A stretch of DNA of 63,967 bases, counting the filler, from Squatina squatina (Eukaryota): the NCBI GenBank assembly GCA_031763465.1. It is 4 parts of 4 records of this genome, joined end to end, with 100 filler letters (N's around TTAATTAATTAA, not from the genome) between each part and the next. Parts side by side here need not be neighbours in the genome. Positions count along the whole stretch, not along the records: positions 1 to 13,586 come from JARFOE010824920.1; positions 13,687 to 33,081 come from JARFOE010000073.1; 2 more parts are not named here. One strand, 5' to 3'. This document shows positions 11,538-23,771 of the stretch, one piece after another. How positions within the stretch are numbered: position 1 is the stretch's first letter; the number at the start of each line of letters is the position of its first letter. Both the position numbers and the translations under genes were made by a program. Under the pieces are notes generated by a model, which saw only the letters and a program-made list of their open reading frames with translations, made no database searches and was not told the DNA's origin.

Positions 11538-11769
11538 GCTGCATCGACAATGCTGAATTACTGAGATAAGAATTGGGAACTAATGTAGGGCTGCATCTGA
11601 TGCACAAAAATGGTTGACGGAAAAGATGAACACATTTGAACTATAATTCAGAAATTCCTGTGAGTTGGGTTCTTTCCTGCACAGTGAAACCTAAAGGAAA
11701 TTCGAATGCATCATTTACCAACACGGGCATCACAGCTGAAATCGCACTGCTTTTAAAACAGTCAGTCAC

Positions 11770-12640
11770 AGAGAATGAGCGGGGATTGTGAGCACCCAAG
11801 GGTCAATGAGTCTCAGATTGATAGGTTCCAGGAAACAATTCCATTTTAATCAGATGCAGAATGATCCAGGACTGAGAGCATCACCGGTTTTAAAGGAACA
11901 CAGAATGATCCCTGACAGATAGCATTAGTGAGTGTTAAACAAACACAGAATGGTCGGAGACAGACAAGCATACCCTATTAAACAGGAACAAAATGACCCG
12001 GGTCTGACAGTCAACCAATTTTAAAATGACAAAAACTTAAACTGTACTAACAGCACATACGCTTTTAAACAAACACAGAATACTCCGGGGCTAACAGCAC
12101 CATCCATTTGAAATAATCAGAGAATGACCGGAGCTTGACAGAATTTACCTTTGTTTACAAAGTCACAGAATGATCCGGGTCTGACAGCCCACACATTTTA
12201 AATGATTAATAACTCAACAGGTGTTGCCAGCACAATCCGTTTTCAACAGCCACAGAATGATCCAGGACTGACAGCAATACCCGTTTTACACAACCACAGA
12301 ATGATACAGGTCTGAAAGCAAAACCCTTTTTAAATAGATACAGAATGATCTGGGTCTGACAGCTCACCCAATTAAAATGATTAAAAACCTAACCAGTACT
12401 GTCAGCAAAACGCATTCTGAACAAATAGTGATCGGGTGCTAACGACACTGACAGGTTTAATCAGGTACAGAATGATCCGGGTCTTACAGCCCACCATTTG
12501 GAAAACGACAAAAACTTAAATGGTACTGAGAGCACAAACCTTTTTCAGCAAACAAAGAATGATCCGGAAATGACAGCACATTCCCTTTTAATCAGGCACC
12601 GAATAATCCAGGACTGACAGCACACTCCTTTTTAAAATAC
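11770..12640. repeat. ~44-bp tandem repeat, ~20 copies
   Basis: Unit e.g. cacagaatgatccaggactgacagcaatacccgttttacacaac (12251-12294). Confidence 0.9.
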
Positions 12641-13299
12641 AAGAGAAAATCAGAAATTAGGCTGATAATGTGTGCTGAGAAACGTAATTAGCGTTTCAGT
12701 TCGGTGACCTTTCAAGACTTTCAGGAAGTACATTTAGATTTCACATTTTATAAACTGGTACAAACCCAGCAAGGTACTGGCTGATGAAGCACCAAAAGGG
12801 AAGATCTGTTATAAGTTGGAGTGCAGGAATGATTAAATCATACCTGCAATAATGGGAAGACAAAGGGGTGTTAATTGGGCAATAAAGAAATAAAATATTT
12901 TCCAGTTCCAATGTTAACAGCAGGAACATTGACAGCATCTGCTGATGCAGACAATGGGAACTACGGTTATGATCCGATTTGTTGATTTGCTGTCGAGGGT
13001 GAAAGGCTGTTTCATATTTAATGGGAGGGAGATAGGCAAAACCTTTTTTCATCAGAGCAGGCAGCCTGATCATCTCGGATTGATTCCCTCTATGCATTGA
13101 TTTCGGCAGCTTTGGAACCAATTGAAATGCCAGCTCCTCACATCCTTACAGTGCTGGAGACTGCTGGCTAGAAAAAATATTCAGGGCAGATGTAGAAGAT
13201 GCGGAGATTGAAGAAGAATATAAGTTCATCCCAATTCAGGCGAGCTCGTGGCTGTAGATAGCAAATGGTAAAGGCGGCGTCAGTGGTGTGGGCAGTGGA

Positions 13300-13586
13300 C
13301 CTGCTTGAGAGCCAAGGAGTGAAGGAGAGCTTTAGAGAGCGGGAGGCAGAAGCAAGGACCGAGGGTCTAGCGAGAAGCAGGAACTGAAGGAAATCCTCAT
13401 TAGTCAGGAGAGGGTGTGAGGAAAATTGATGGGACTGAAGGCAGATAAATCCCCAGGGCCTGATGGTCTGCTTAATTAAGTCGCCGCAGAAATAGTGGAT
13501 GCATTGGTGATCATTTTCCAAAATTCTCCAGATTCTGGATCAGTTCCTGCGGATTGGAGGGTAGCTAATGTAACCCCACTTTTTAA
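13300..13586 (+). mobile_element. CR1 LINE ORF2 fragment ending at the scaffold end
   Basis: KLMGLKADKSPGPDGL...DALVIIFQNSPDSGSVPADWRVANVTPLF. Confidence 0.85.
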
Positions 13587-13686
13587 NNNNNNNNNNNNNN
13601 NNNNNNNNNNNNNNNNNNNNNNNNNNNNNNTTAATTAATTAANNNNNNNNNNNNNNNNNNNNNNNNNNNNNNNNNNNNNNNNNNNN
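13587..13686. other. Artificial scaffold-joining linker (N44-TTAATTAATTAA-N44)
   Basis: Six-frame stop palindrome at 13631-13642 centred in Ns. Confidence 0.95.
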
Positions 13687-14107
13687 CTGATTTTTTCCCC
13701 CTTTTTTCTTCGCACCAGTCTTGGGCTAATTTGCCGCAATCGGTCAGCCTGGCACTCTGCTTGAGTGTCAGGCTGATCGCATGGCATTCCCACTCCTCTT
13801 TGCTGCAGCAAATGCTGTGAAGACTGCAGAGCTTGCAGCAAGGAGCCCTCCCCTTTAATTGAGGGAAGAGCTCCTGCAATGCAGCAATGCCACTCCTGGC
13901 CACTGGTGGTGCTGCTGAGCTCTTCGCCCCATAACCAGCACTTCTGTGCTCCCAGAGCAAGTGGAGCACTTCATTTAATGCTCCACTTCCCTCTTGGGAA
14001 AAAAATTGGGGAATTTAAAAAAAATGTTCAATGCTCAATGCCAGGCACTAATGGGGCGAACATTTTTGCATTATCCCCGTGAACATGGAGCAAGGGAATT
14101 TTGGCCC
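13687..14107. mobile_element. GC-rich non-autonomous DNA transposon (PIF/Harbinger-like MITE), right part
   Basis: Ends in TIR-like gggaattttggccc; internal cagcctggcactctgcttgagtgtcaggctgatcgc shared with the copy at 31518-32160. Confidence 0.6.
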
Positions 14108-14375
14108 TGAACAGCTTCACACTGTACATCATTTTGAGTCTATAGATATATCATAAAGGAAACTTAATTAGCCCTAAAAATTTTGAAATTTGAAGCATAA
14201 AAGTAATCAAACTTATTGATTTAGCATCATTTCACAGCTGAATTATTGATTTAGCATCATTACACAGTTCATTATTGTTACTGATTTAAGTTTCAAATTT
14301 TATTGCATATTGTCATTCTTTTTGCTTTAATTAGAATAAGCTAATAATGAAAAAGGCATATTTGTCTAGCAATAC

Positions 14376-14514
14376 CTGTGCAACAATATATTCACAGTCT
14401 CCATTAAAATTGTAACGTTTCCCATCAAAAGTGATGTAATTCCCATCTCCGTAGATCATACATGTCCCATGACATTGTTGTTTTGTGCAGGTCCACAATC
14501 TATTGTTGCATTCA
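14376..14514 (-). CDS. Gel-forming mucin unit B exon: E' end / VWD3 start
   Basis: AG/GT bounded, 139 bp; ECNNRLWTCTKQQCHGTCMIYGDGNYITFDGKRYNFNGDCEYIVAQ. Confidence 0.95.
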
Positions 14515-14624
14515 CTGAGAAAATCAAATAAGATGTACATTAACCAGAATTAGCACTGAGGTTCCACAGTTGTATCTTGCAGTTCACCTTAACAGAAAAA
14601 CAAGAGTGAATGTTTGCTACATAC

Positions 14625-14776
14625 CATGAGTTGCAGTCTACTTGTACAATGTCCCCAGATTGGTATTGGATGCCATTATGTGCACATGGGCACTGATTTA
14701 TGGGAATACAGCCACCGCTTTCGTCAGAGACTAAACCTTCAGGACACACACACCCAGAGACACAACCTGTAGCATA
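14625..14776 (-). CDS. Gel-forming mucin unit B exon: TIL'/E'
   Basis: AG/GT bounded, 152 bp; YATGCVSGCVCPEGLVSDESGGCIPINQCPCAHNGIQYQSGDIVQVDCNS. Confidence 0.95.
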
Positions 14777-14799
14777 CTGCAGAGCAAAAAAAAGACAGT

Positions 14800-15270
14800 T
14801 TTATTGCAACTGTGGAAGAGCAGAGAGATTTAAGGGTCCATGTACAGAAATCACTAAAAACTAGTGGACAGGTACAAAAAATAAGTAAAAAGGTGAATGG
14901 GGCTGGAATACAAAGGGCTGGAAGTTATGATAGCATTGTATAAAACTCTGATTAGATTGGAGTACTGTGTTGAGGAAAGATATATTGCCTTTGGAGGGAG
15001 TGCAGCACAGATGCACCAGAATGATAACGAGGCTAAAAAGGATAAATTATGAGGACAGGTTGCATGGACTCGACTTGCATTCCCTCAAGTATAGAAGATT
15101 AAAGGGAATTCTAATTGAATTGTTTAAGATGATTAAAGGATATGATAGGGCAGATAGAAACTATTTCTTCTCACGGAGAAGTCCTGGTCAAGGGGGCAAA
15201 ACCTTAAAAAAAAATGGGCCATTCAGGGGTGTTGTTAGGAGCATCTCTTCACACAAAGGGTAGGGTTACT
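14800..15270 (+). mobile_element. CR1 LINE ORF2 C-terminal fragment (intronic)
   Basis: RKDILPLEGVQHRCTRMI...YRRLKGILIELFKMIKG. Confidence 0.85.
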
Positions 15271-16535
15271 NNNNNNNNNNNNNNNNNNNNNNNNNNNNNN
15301 NNNNNNNNNNNNNNNNNNNNNNNNNNNNNNNNNNNNNNNNNNNNNNNNNNNNNNNNNNNNNNNNNNNNNNNNNNNNNNNNNNNNNNNNNNNNNNNNNNNN
15401 NNNNNNNNNNNNNNNNNNNNNNNNNNNNNNNNNNNNNNNNNNNNNNNNNNNNNNNNNNNNNNNNNNNNNNNNNNNNNNNNNNNNNNNNNNNNNNNNNNNN
15501 NNNNNNNNNNNNNNNNNNNNNNNNNNNNNNNNNNNNNNNNNNNNNNNNNNNNNNNNNNNNNNNNNNNNNNNNNNNNNNNNNNNNNNNNNNNNNNNNNNNN
15601 NNNNNNNNNNNNNNNNNNNNNNNNNNNNNNNNNNNNNNNNNNNNNNNNNNNNNNNNNNNNNNNNNNNNNNNNNNNNNNNNNNNNNNNNNNNNNNNNNNNN
15701 NNNNNNNNNNNNNNNNNNNNNNNNNNNNNNNNNNNNNNNNNNNNNNNNNNNNNNNNNNNNNNNNNNNNNNNNNNNNNNNNNNNNNNNNNNNNNNNNNNNN
15801 NNNNNNNNNNNNNNNNNNNNNNNNNNNNAAATCACTGTAGAGGTGCCAACAACTGTCGTTAAAAGGGGCAAATTCGCCCCCAAAGTTTCAATCAGAAAAT
15901 ATGTCCCCATCATACTTTTCTTATGCTAATTTTTTTTCCAAAATATCCAATTCCAAAATAAAAGTTAAGGAAAGCTGATGCCGATTGAAGACACTGTTAC
16001 ATTGCATCTTATAGTTACCAGTAGAACTACACTTTCAAAGCAAATTTGCTTGTCAATCCAGCTGTACATTTTTCATCAAGCAAAATTTTTTTGCTGGATA
16101 ATTGAACCTGCTGATGTTGAGAGTCCTGATGATTTACATCGAAGTGTTTTACATCGATTTTAGCTGAGTTTGTGCAAATGTCAGGTTTCCAGAGCTTCGC
16201 AGAGTTTCAGAGGCTGCAGGAAAATGCATTGTGAAAAATCCATAGCGTTACTTATCGGTGAATTCTAACATTAAGGTTTATGTCCTTCTATGGACTATTA
16301 GGGCTTTTCAAGAATACAAATCCATTTTTGTTATAATGAAAGGTTCGGAATAATTGTGTGCTTCTAAAATCCATGAGCTGCTACAGTGCCCTTGCTTCAT
16401 GTGCTACTTTTTTCAGAGAAACTGAAAGGACAAAACACAAGTCAAGAAAGAAGAATATCTAAGAATCACACAAGTGTATCTGGCCCCTGAAATATTAGCA
16501 CAGATAATCCCACTCATCAGTGTACTAGCACTTAC

Positions 16536-16636
16536 ACACTCCATGTCAAGGGTTTGGCAGCTCTTCTGACATTCAGTACCAGTACTGTCAGCTGAAGAAT
16601 TATTACAGTCAAAGTAAACCATGGGAGCAACACAGG
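16536..16636 (-). CDS. Gel-forming mucin unit B exon: TIL' start (D')
   Basis: 101 bp, AG/GT; CVAPMVYFDCNNSSADSTGTECQKSCQTLDMEC. Confidence 0.95.
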
Positions 16637-16720
16637 CTGGAAAACAAAACCAAAAATGGATTTAGATACACAATAGAAACATTGTTTGTCTAAATAATTA
16701 CTTTTTTCTCAAAATGTTAC

Positions 16721-16773
16721 CTTGAAGTTTTGAATCTTTCCCAATACACTCTAGCTTCCCTTCATTGCAGGTA
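16721..16773 (-). CDS. Gel-forming mucin unit B exon: E2 end
   Basis: 53 bp, AG/GT; TCNEGKLECIGKDSKLQ; phases fit the neighbouring exons. Confidence 0.9.
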
Positions 16774-16861
16774 CTACAATAAAATAACAAAATATCATCA
16801 AGCACTGAATTCAGATACTACGACTACTCAGTCAAATCATGAATTAGCTACACAAGCTCAC

Positions 16862-17114
16862 CACATGGTATCTTCCTCATGAATGACCTCTCCTGCTGGC
16901 ACTGTCGACCCCCGATAATAGCACGAGCAACTGGATGCTGGTATACATTTACCAGTGTCATCCATGTAGGTTCCATCAGCACAACCACATCCATCCACTG
17001 GCACAAAGTCAATCTCACATATTTTATCTGGTGCTCCCAGGGACTGGCAAGTACGCTGGCAGTTTGTCATAGCGTGGCTGTAGACAAGAGTCTTGGGACA
17101 GTTGGTGTACTTGG
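16862..17114 (-). CDS. Gel-forming mucin unit B exon: TIL2/E2
   Basis: 253 bp, AG/GT; KYTNCPKTLVYSHAMTNCQRTCQSLGAPDKICEIDFVPVDGCGCADGTYMDDTGKCIPASSCSCYYRG. Confidence 0.95.
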
Positions 17115-17239
17115 CTGCAATTAAAAAAACAGACAACTTGAGAAATTTCCAGACTTCAGTTTAAAACTAGTCTAACACAATAAACAAATACAATACATTT
17201 TGAAAAGTATTTTTTCAGAATGACAGTTAGTAACACAAT

Positions 17240-18211
17240 GGCCGGAATTTTCCAGGGTGATAGCTGGCATGATCCATGGCAGATCAAGCGGGAAAGTTGT
17301 TTATTTTGGACAGCGGGTCGGGAACCTGCTGTCATCTCGCTCCCACCCGCCTTTGCACCAGGCGCATCCGTCATCGCAGATCCTACCCGACTGGCAGCAG
17401 CGGGGGACCTAATTGAAATCATTATCAGGTAGTTTACAAGCACTTAAAAGCCTTTCTTTGCTTACTTTTTAAATTTCCCTGCACGGTCACGGGATTCATG
17501 CAGCTCAAGAACCATGCCTATCAACCTGAGGCCGGAGTTCCATGGCCATTGGTCCTGCTGATTACTTGGCAGCATCAAATGTATAGTAAAAGCTGCCACC
17601 TGACAGATGATCACTTTCCTCAGGCAGAATCTGTTGCTCAGTCCATTTCCTTCACAAATTCTGCAGGCTGCAAGTGTTTCCGGCAAAGTGCCCATCCAGT
17701 ATCACATCATTGGAAGAACTCTCACCACTGACAGAATGTACTTCACCTGCCATCTATTCCATCAACATGGGTACCGTTTATACTGGGTCACCTTGGACAT
17801 CTCAGAATTGGACCACAATAAGCCCAAACACCAGCAGCACCAACAACAGCACCAACCCGCTCTGCAATCACCTGGTGCTTCACAGGACAGAGGGTATCAG
17901 CACCTGAGCACATTGCTGCCTGAGAGGCCAGGGATGGCCTCATCATGGCCAGATTTACTTAACTGGCTGCAGCAGGTTGGCACCACTCACACCAACACTA
18001 TAAAGCATCCCGACAAAGACCAAGCCATTCCTTTCACACTCATCACCATTGCGGGGGGTACCGTTATGTCTCACCATTCACTGCAACTCACTAAGTCACT
18101 TACAAAGATGGACAAAAATCTGTACAAGATCGGAAAGTGTTGAAAATGAAGATTTTTATGTTTGATGCCGCATTAACAGAATCTTTAAATAAACATTGGA
18201 TAAAACACCCA
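17240..18211 (+). mobile_element. Internally deleted Harbinger-type DNA transposon
   Basis: Starts with TIR-like ggccggaattttcc; a Q/P-rich stretch is fused directly to AA*EARDGLIMARF, resembling the two ends of a HARBI1-like transposase ORF. Confidence 0.45.
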
Positions 18212-20562
18212 NNNNNNNNNNNNNNNNNNNNNNNNNNNNNNNNNNNNNNNNNNNNNNNNNNNNNNNNNNNNNNNNNNNNNNNNNNNNNNNNNNNNNNNNN
18301 NNNNNNNNNNNATGCTATTAGAAGTAAATGTTTCAAAATAACATTATATGAGTTGCTTTGATTCTATATTTATTCAATTATATTAAATCATTTAAAAGAA
18401 CAATAATGATTAAGGATTTGTTCTGTCTTTTTGGACTAAAGATCTATATATGCACAAAAAACAGCAACCATATTTCAGAAGTAATCCATTGGCTATTAAG
18501 TGCGTTGGAATGTCCTGAGGGTATGAAAGATGCTCCATGTACATTCAAGTCTTTTCTTTATTAAAAATCTGGCATAAGCAACAATCTGTGTGTTAACAAA
18601 GCTTACTTCCTATTGTCACGATATGTGGTTACACATTTGTCAACCTTTATCAACATTTAACACTGAAACTGCTGATGCTAACATTTATAATGGCAACTTC
18701 TAATGTAAGCACTTGGCCGTAGCTCTTTGTTGATGAGCCAATTGTATCAAAATGCATTCAAGAAATGTTCATGCTGCCAACATTCTGACCCTGAGGTTGC
18801 TAATCCGTGGTTGTAAGGGAACATGACTGTGCATGGGCCAGCAATGGGCCTGATAGTATTTGAGAGGCCAGGAAGTGCACTCCGGCTTCTCCTGGCCCCA
18901 CGAAATCGACAGTTCAAAAATTATTTGGGCTGTTTTTTTGGCACTATCCAGCACTCCCTTTAAAAGGCCTCTGGCTAGACGGCTCAATACCAATGCAAAT
19001 GGGTGGAGTGTCGTCGGTAAATGCTCAACCACTTGTACCTCAAAATTGACATTGGGATTGATTCTATGTATCCACATTGAACGTGGCCTCTCAGCTGAAA
19101 CAGGCCAGGGCTCTTGGTACTGTTCTCAGGAGCCTATCCAAGGCGGCTGCAGCTGGAGATTTAGTGTAAAGTGACCGGATGCCATTTTCAGGCTAGTTTA
19201 CTCTGAACGGAGGGAGTTAAAATCAGCTGCTGCACGCACGTGTGTGTGAGAAAAAAATGACACCGACTGATTACATACCTGGTATAGCTTTTGTTCAGTA
19301 TTCTATGAACTTGAGAAAGTAAACTGAGACTGCAGTCAGAAAGAGAGCGATACCCTGATTTTCTGGAAACCTGCCAGGTGGGAACACGGTGGTAGCGGGC
19401 CAAAAACAGCAGCACCCTGCTTCTGCTATTTCCAACATGTGGTGGGAATGGGTGGCCACAGTGCTCGCCTCTCAGGTGCGAGGCCACTTTTATTATGCAA
19501 ATTGGGATCCCACGCTGGATGTCGTTTTTGAGGTACCAACAGGCAGTGAGTGCACTGCACACACTATGCCAATTTGTACCAGGCACCAACTGTCTAACCA
19601 GTGGTCCTTAAAGTGACCACTGCAGCTCAAAACAGCCCAAGGCATGTTTTTTGTAAAGATCTTAAATGAATGCTCCTTCTGGCCCCACAAAAATCCTCCA
19701 TCCATGTGCCCCCATTCTCACGATTCCTCCCCTCCCACATTAACATGCAGCTTTTGGCTCGGCTCCAGAGGAGCTGCTGGAATTGCTGCCTCCTTGACCA
19801 ATGAGCTGGTATTGCACTGGCAGTTGGCGGCTGATATTGCAATGAGGCCCGGCCCTCAAAGTGGCTCAGATCTCTCACCAGTCACTTCGGGTAGGTGACG
19901 CGAGCACTCCTGCTCTGCACCTGAAGTCCATCCAGAGTTAAAACTACCCCTAGACTCTATCTTCATGTTAATGCTCATTCAATTTTCAAAAAAATGGATG
20001 GAGGAGGAGGTTTGCTATGAAGGCAGTAGTATTCAAAGGAGAGAAGGGAACGGGAGCGGAGATGAAGATTGAAATCACAGAGGATGAGGAGTTACTCAGT
20101 GCAAAGCCTAATGGAAGAAAGGAGGGAGAATATCTTCAAGAGAAACTCAGAGCAAGGCTTGGGCAGTGATAGACAATGAGAAGCACCTTCAAATCACTGA
20201 CAGTAAAATCTGCAGTGTAGATATTCCTGAGCCCTCCCAGTAAGCCCTTGAGTGAAGCTGCCCCTTTAAATGCTCTGCCTCTGCTCGACTCTTCCTCCCC
20301 TCCCCTGTGTAACCAGCAGCTGCACTCCTAGCCTGCTCAATATTATGGAAATCATCTGACCCAGAGACTTAAGATGGGGTCAGTGTCAGGAATCCATGAC
20401 ACATACAAAGTCCATTGCCTTGCTCTTTTGGCTGTGCAGTGCCCAGTCAGGAACTCTGGGGCTTGAGGGTTTCCTTATAGTAAGAGAATGGGGCAAATTC
20501 TGTGTTTGTTACAAAAAAAACTCCAATTGATTCTAGGCCACGACAATAGCAACTGAACTTAC

Positions 20563-20632
20563 CGGTAGTTATAGGCAACTGAGTCAAGATTCCATTGACG
20601 GAAACACTGCCACTAGGGTTAATGGAGATGAT
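20563..20632 (-). CDS. Gel-forming mucin unit B exon: VWD2
   Basis: 70 bp, AG/GT; IISINPSGSVSVNGILTQLPITT. Confidence 0.9.
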
Positions 20633-20746
20633 CTGTAAAAAAGCCACCAATGCTTACTAAATACAATCATTTTTAAACAATTGTTTTTCTCTAAATGTGT
20701 ATCAAAATCATTTCAGTCATCAGAAAGCTCACTAAGAATCACTTAC

Positions 20747-20857
20747 AGTTTGAGCTCTATGGATAGTCAGTATTACTGACTTTAAGCATGTCTCAGACTC
20801 AGTAATGCCACATGGCTGCAGTTCTCCTAGGACAGTGAATAGAGTATTTCTGCAGTC
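20747..20857 (-). CDS. Gel-forming mucin unit B exon: VWD2
   Basis: 111 bp, AG/GT; DCRNTLFTVLGELQPCGITESETCLKSVILTIHRAQT. Confidence 0.93.
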
Positions 20858-21571
20858 CTAGAGTAAAGGATTAGAAGAATAAGGCCAAATAGCAACCTTG
20901 ACAATGGTAAACAAACCAAATAACTTAACTTCCATGGCACTGTGAAACATTAACTTCTCCCTCTCGGAATTTGCAGTTTTTTTTTAGCTTGCCCATATGC
21001 AATGCAGAGACCTCTGTTATTTTCCCTCCCTTACAGATCTCACGGAGCCATACAACTCATGCAGTTTGAAGGATGGACTAGAGAGCAGCTCACAGGCTCC
21101 CACTGATAAGATGGTCAGTAGGAGATGCACCTGGAGGACACTCACCCTCACATACCTCCTTCCACCCCATGAAGACAGACACCCACAGAACAGATGAGAT
21201 CACAAACTTAGTCAAGGAAACAAACCTACAACTTTTCACTCTGTGCCACTGTGTATTAGTGCTGCATCACATTCTCCAGTATTCTTAACACCAATTTTGT
21301 TTCATTTACATATATGAATGCAACAAATTTGGCACATACGGGATTCCTATCTTCAGTGCTTTGTGAAAATGATTCTTTAATGTTTCAACCATTGAAAAGT
21401 CCTGGAAGAATTTCAACACTGCATTGCTGACAGAAATAAGATAGATAAACACCAAGAACAACTCTCTCACTGTAACATCTTTGTTCTGCCAGCAACACCA
21501 CAATAGTATTGGCAGGTTAAACATGTTGGTGCTGGTAATTTCCAGTTTACTAAGTCTCTAGTAATCCTTAC

Positions 21572-21710
21572 CTTAGCAAGAACATAATGGCACCTGCCAT
21601 GGAATATGTAATGGTTTTCATCAAATGTATTAATGTGAGCTCCTCCCTCAATAGAACAGATCCCAGGGCATGACAGATCAGTACAAGACCACTGCCCTCC
21701 ATTACAAATG
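21572..21710 (-). CDS. Gel-forming mucin unit B exon: E1 end / VWD2 start
   Basis: 139 bp, AG/GT; ICNGGQWSCTDLSCPGICSIEGGAHINTFDENHYIFHGRCHYVLAK. Confidence 0.95.
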
Positions 21711-21860
21711 CTACCAGATAAAAAAGAGAGTGTTTGAAATCAGTTATTTTCTTAAATGAAGATTAAGAGATTAAGTGACAAATTATACCCCCTCACAAAA
21801 GAAACGAACATAACAATTTCTCAGAGTCTTTAGCAAAAGTCAACACTATACATTAATTAC

Positions 21861-21978
21861 CATTTACTGCATTTGGTGGAATAGGACTCTCCAGGATCAT
21901 AAGAAAGCCCATTGTAGGTACAGGGACACTGTTCTTTTGGGATGCATCCAGTGTTGGAAATATCATCAAAAATGGTGT
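21861..21978 (-). CDS. Gel-forming mucin unit B exon: TIL1/E1
   Basis: 118 bp, AG/GT; TIFDDISNTGCIPKEQCPCTYNGLSYDPGESYSTKCSK. Confidence 0.95.
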
Positions 21979-22282
21979 CTAAAATATAAAATATATGTTA
22001 GGTATGCACGGATTTCTAATGTACTGATTTCTCCCAGTTAATTTTGTGATATGGTTCAGTTATTCATATTGCAGGTGTTGTAGTCAGGCTGTCTCATTAT
22101 AATTCTTTGATGTTGCAAACCCCACTTTATAACACTCTCAAATAGCATGGCTGCCTCTGTTACAAATCCTTATTTAATACAGTTCAACCCTCTCTCGTAT
22201 AACTAATTTAACACTATCTCTGTAACAGTAATATAACATCCCCTCTACAACACAAATATAACATCCTCTGAATATTCTATAT

Positions 22283-22725
22283 TCAGAGGCCTGGACTAAT
22301 GATCCAGAGACGTGAGTTCAAATCCCACTGCGACAGGCGTGGAATTTAAACTCAGTTAACTAACGAAATCTGGAATAAAAAGCTCATATTGGTAATGGTG
22401 GCCATGAAAACCCATCTGGTTCACTAATGTTCTTTAGGGAAGGAAATCTGCTGCTCTGATCTGGTCTGACCTATATATGACTCCAGACACACAGCAATGC
22501 GGATGTTTCTTAATGGCCCTCTGAAATGGTCCAGCAGGCCACTCAGTTGTAAACAACTGCTACGAAAAACAATAATAAGAATAAAACCGGACGGACAACC
22601 CGGCATAAACCTCGACACTGGCTTCGGACTCGACAACAGCACACCCAGCCCAATCAAACCTGCAAAGTCCTCCTCACTAACATCTAGGGAGTTGTGCCAA
22701 AGTTGGGAGAGCTGTCCCACAGACT
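22283..22725 (+). mobile_element. tRNA-like SINE head continuous with the start of a LINE endonuclease ORF
   Basis: B-box gagttcaaatccc at ~22314; SINE body to ccactcagttgt, then ..SSSLT / TNI*GVVPKLGELSHR (APE N-terminus-like) up to the gap. Confidence 0.7.
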
Positions 22726-22825
22726 NNNNNNNNNNNNNNNNNNNNNNNNNNNNNNNNNNNNNNNNNNNNNNNNNNNNNNNNNNNNNNNNNNNNNNNNNNN
22801 NNNNNNNNNNNNNNNNNNNNNNNNN

Positions 22826-22965
22826 GTGTACATCACAATCAAGGGATATGGGGAGACAGCGGAAACAGGGTACTGAATGAGATGATCAGCCATGATCATA
22901 TTGAATGGCGGAGCAGGCTCGAAGGGCCGAAGGGCCTCCTCCTGCTCCTATTTTCCATGTTTCTC
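22826..22965 (+). mobile_element. CR1 3' UTR
   Basis: gatcagccatgatcatattgaatggcggagcaggctcgaagggccga...cctattttccatgtttc. Confidence 0.85.
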
Positions 22966-23771
22966 TGTCCTGTTCTGCCAGGGTATCTGCCGATCCTCCA
23001 TCGAAGTTACGGTGGGCGAGCGGGAGGACACGGCAGAAAGTCTCCGCCAGTACCTGCCGGGTCAAGGGATTTGTTGGTGATGTACTTTCAACAAATACAC
23101 CCCACTACAAAAAATGAAGTACTGGTCATTGCTGTTTTCAGGTGCAGAATAACTGCTGAATTTGCCAATATAAAAACAATCGCGGCACTCCAAAATATCG
23201 TGTGAAGAGCTTTGAGGCGTTTCAATTATGTAATGAGATGCTTGTTACAACTCAGATTTCTCCAAATACTTTTTCTTGTGCCCACACAAAAATCAGCTCC
23301 ATTGTTCAACCACACATTCCTTTGAACTGAATCAACATCTTTGGCTTGTTATTTTTTTCCCATGAGAAATAAATGGATTGAAAATGGTAATTTCACCCTT
23401 TAGGATCCGTGAATCAATGCAGAAAGGGAGGGACAAAATAAATGTAAACAGATCAATAAGCTAGCATGACATACAAACTCTGCTCACTTTCCCGGACAGT
23501 TAAAATGGGAGGAACAATTGTTACAAGCTGTTCTAATCTGGGATAGGCTGCTCTGGGCAAACATTAAATCCTTTTACTGTTCTTTGGACTCACACGTGAG
23601 ATTTGTACTGTGAGATCCCTCCCCATTCCCCACTCACTTTAGGATACAATTAATATCACACCAGACACTTTCATACCAGACTCAGTACCAAATAGGTTTA
23701 CAGGCAGTCATTCACACAAGTAAGCAGCAACAGCCGGTTGTTGAAGCCACTTCAAGTAAGCAGTTTTGAAT

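Noticed and set aside
13631-13642. TTAATTAATTAA palindrome (also 33126 and 52129) as a biological motif
   Set aside because: Always centred in exactly 44+44 Ns; a six-frame stop linker added during concatenation.
15214-15913. Long ORFs of 208 and 215 aa
   Set aside because: Consist almost entirely of N-gap X residues.
22982-23080. Plus-strand exon-like stretch GICRSSIEVTVGEREDTAESLRQYL
   Set aside because: The acceptor context comes partly from a CR1 tail; no convincing donor and no recognisable family.
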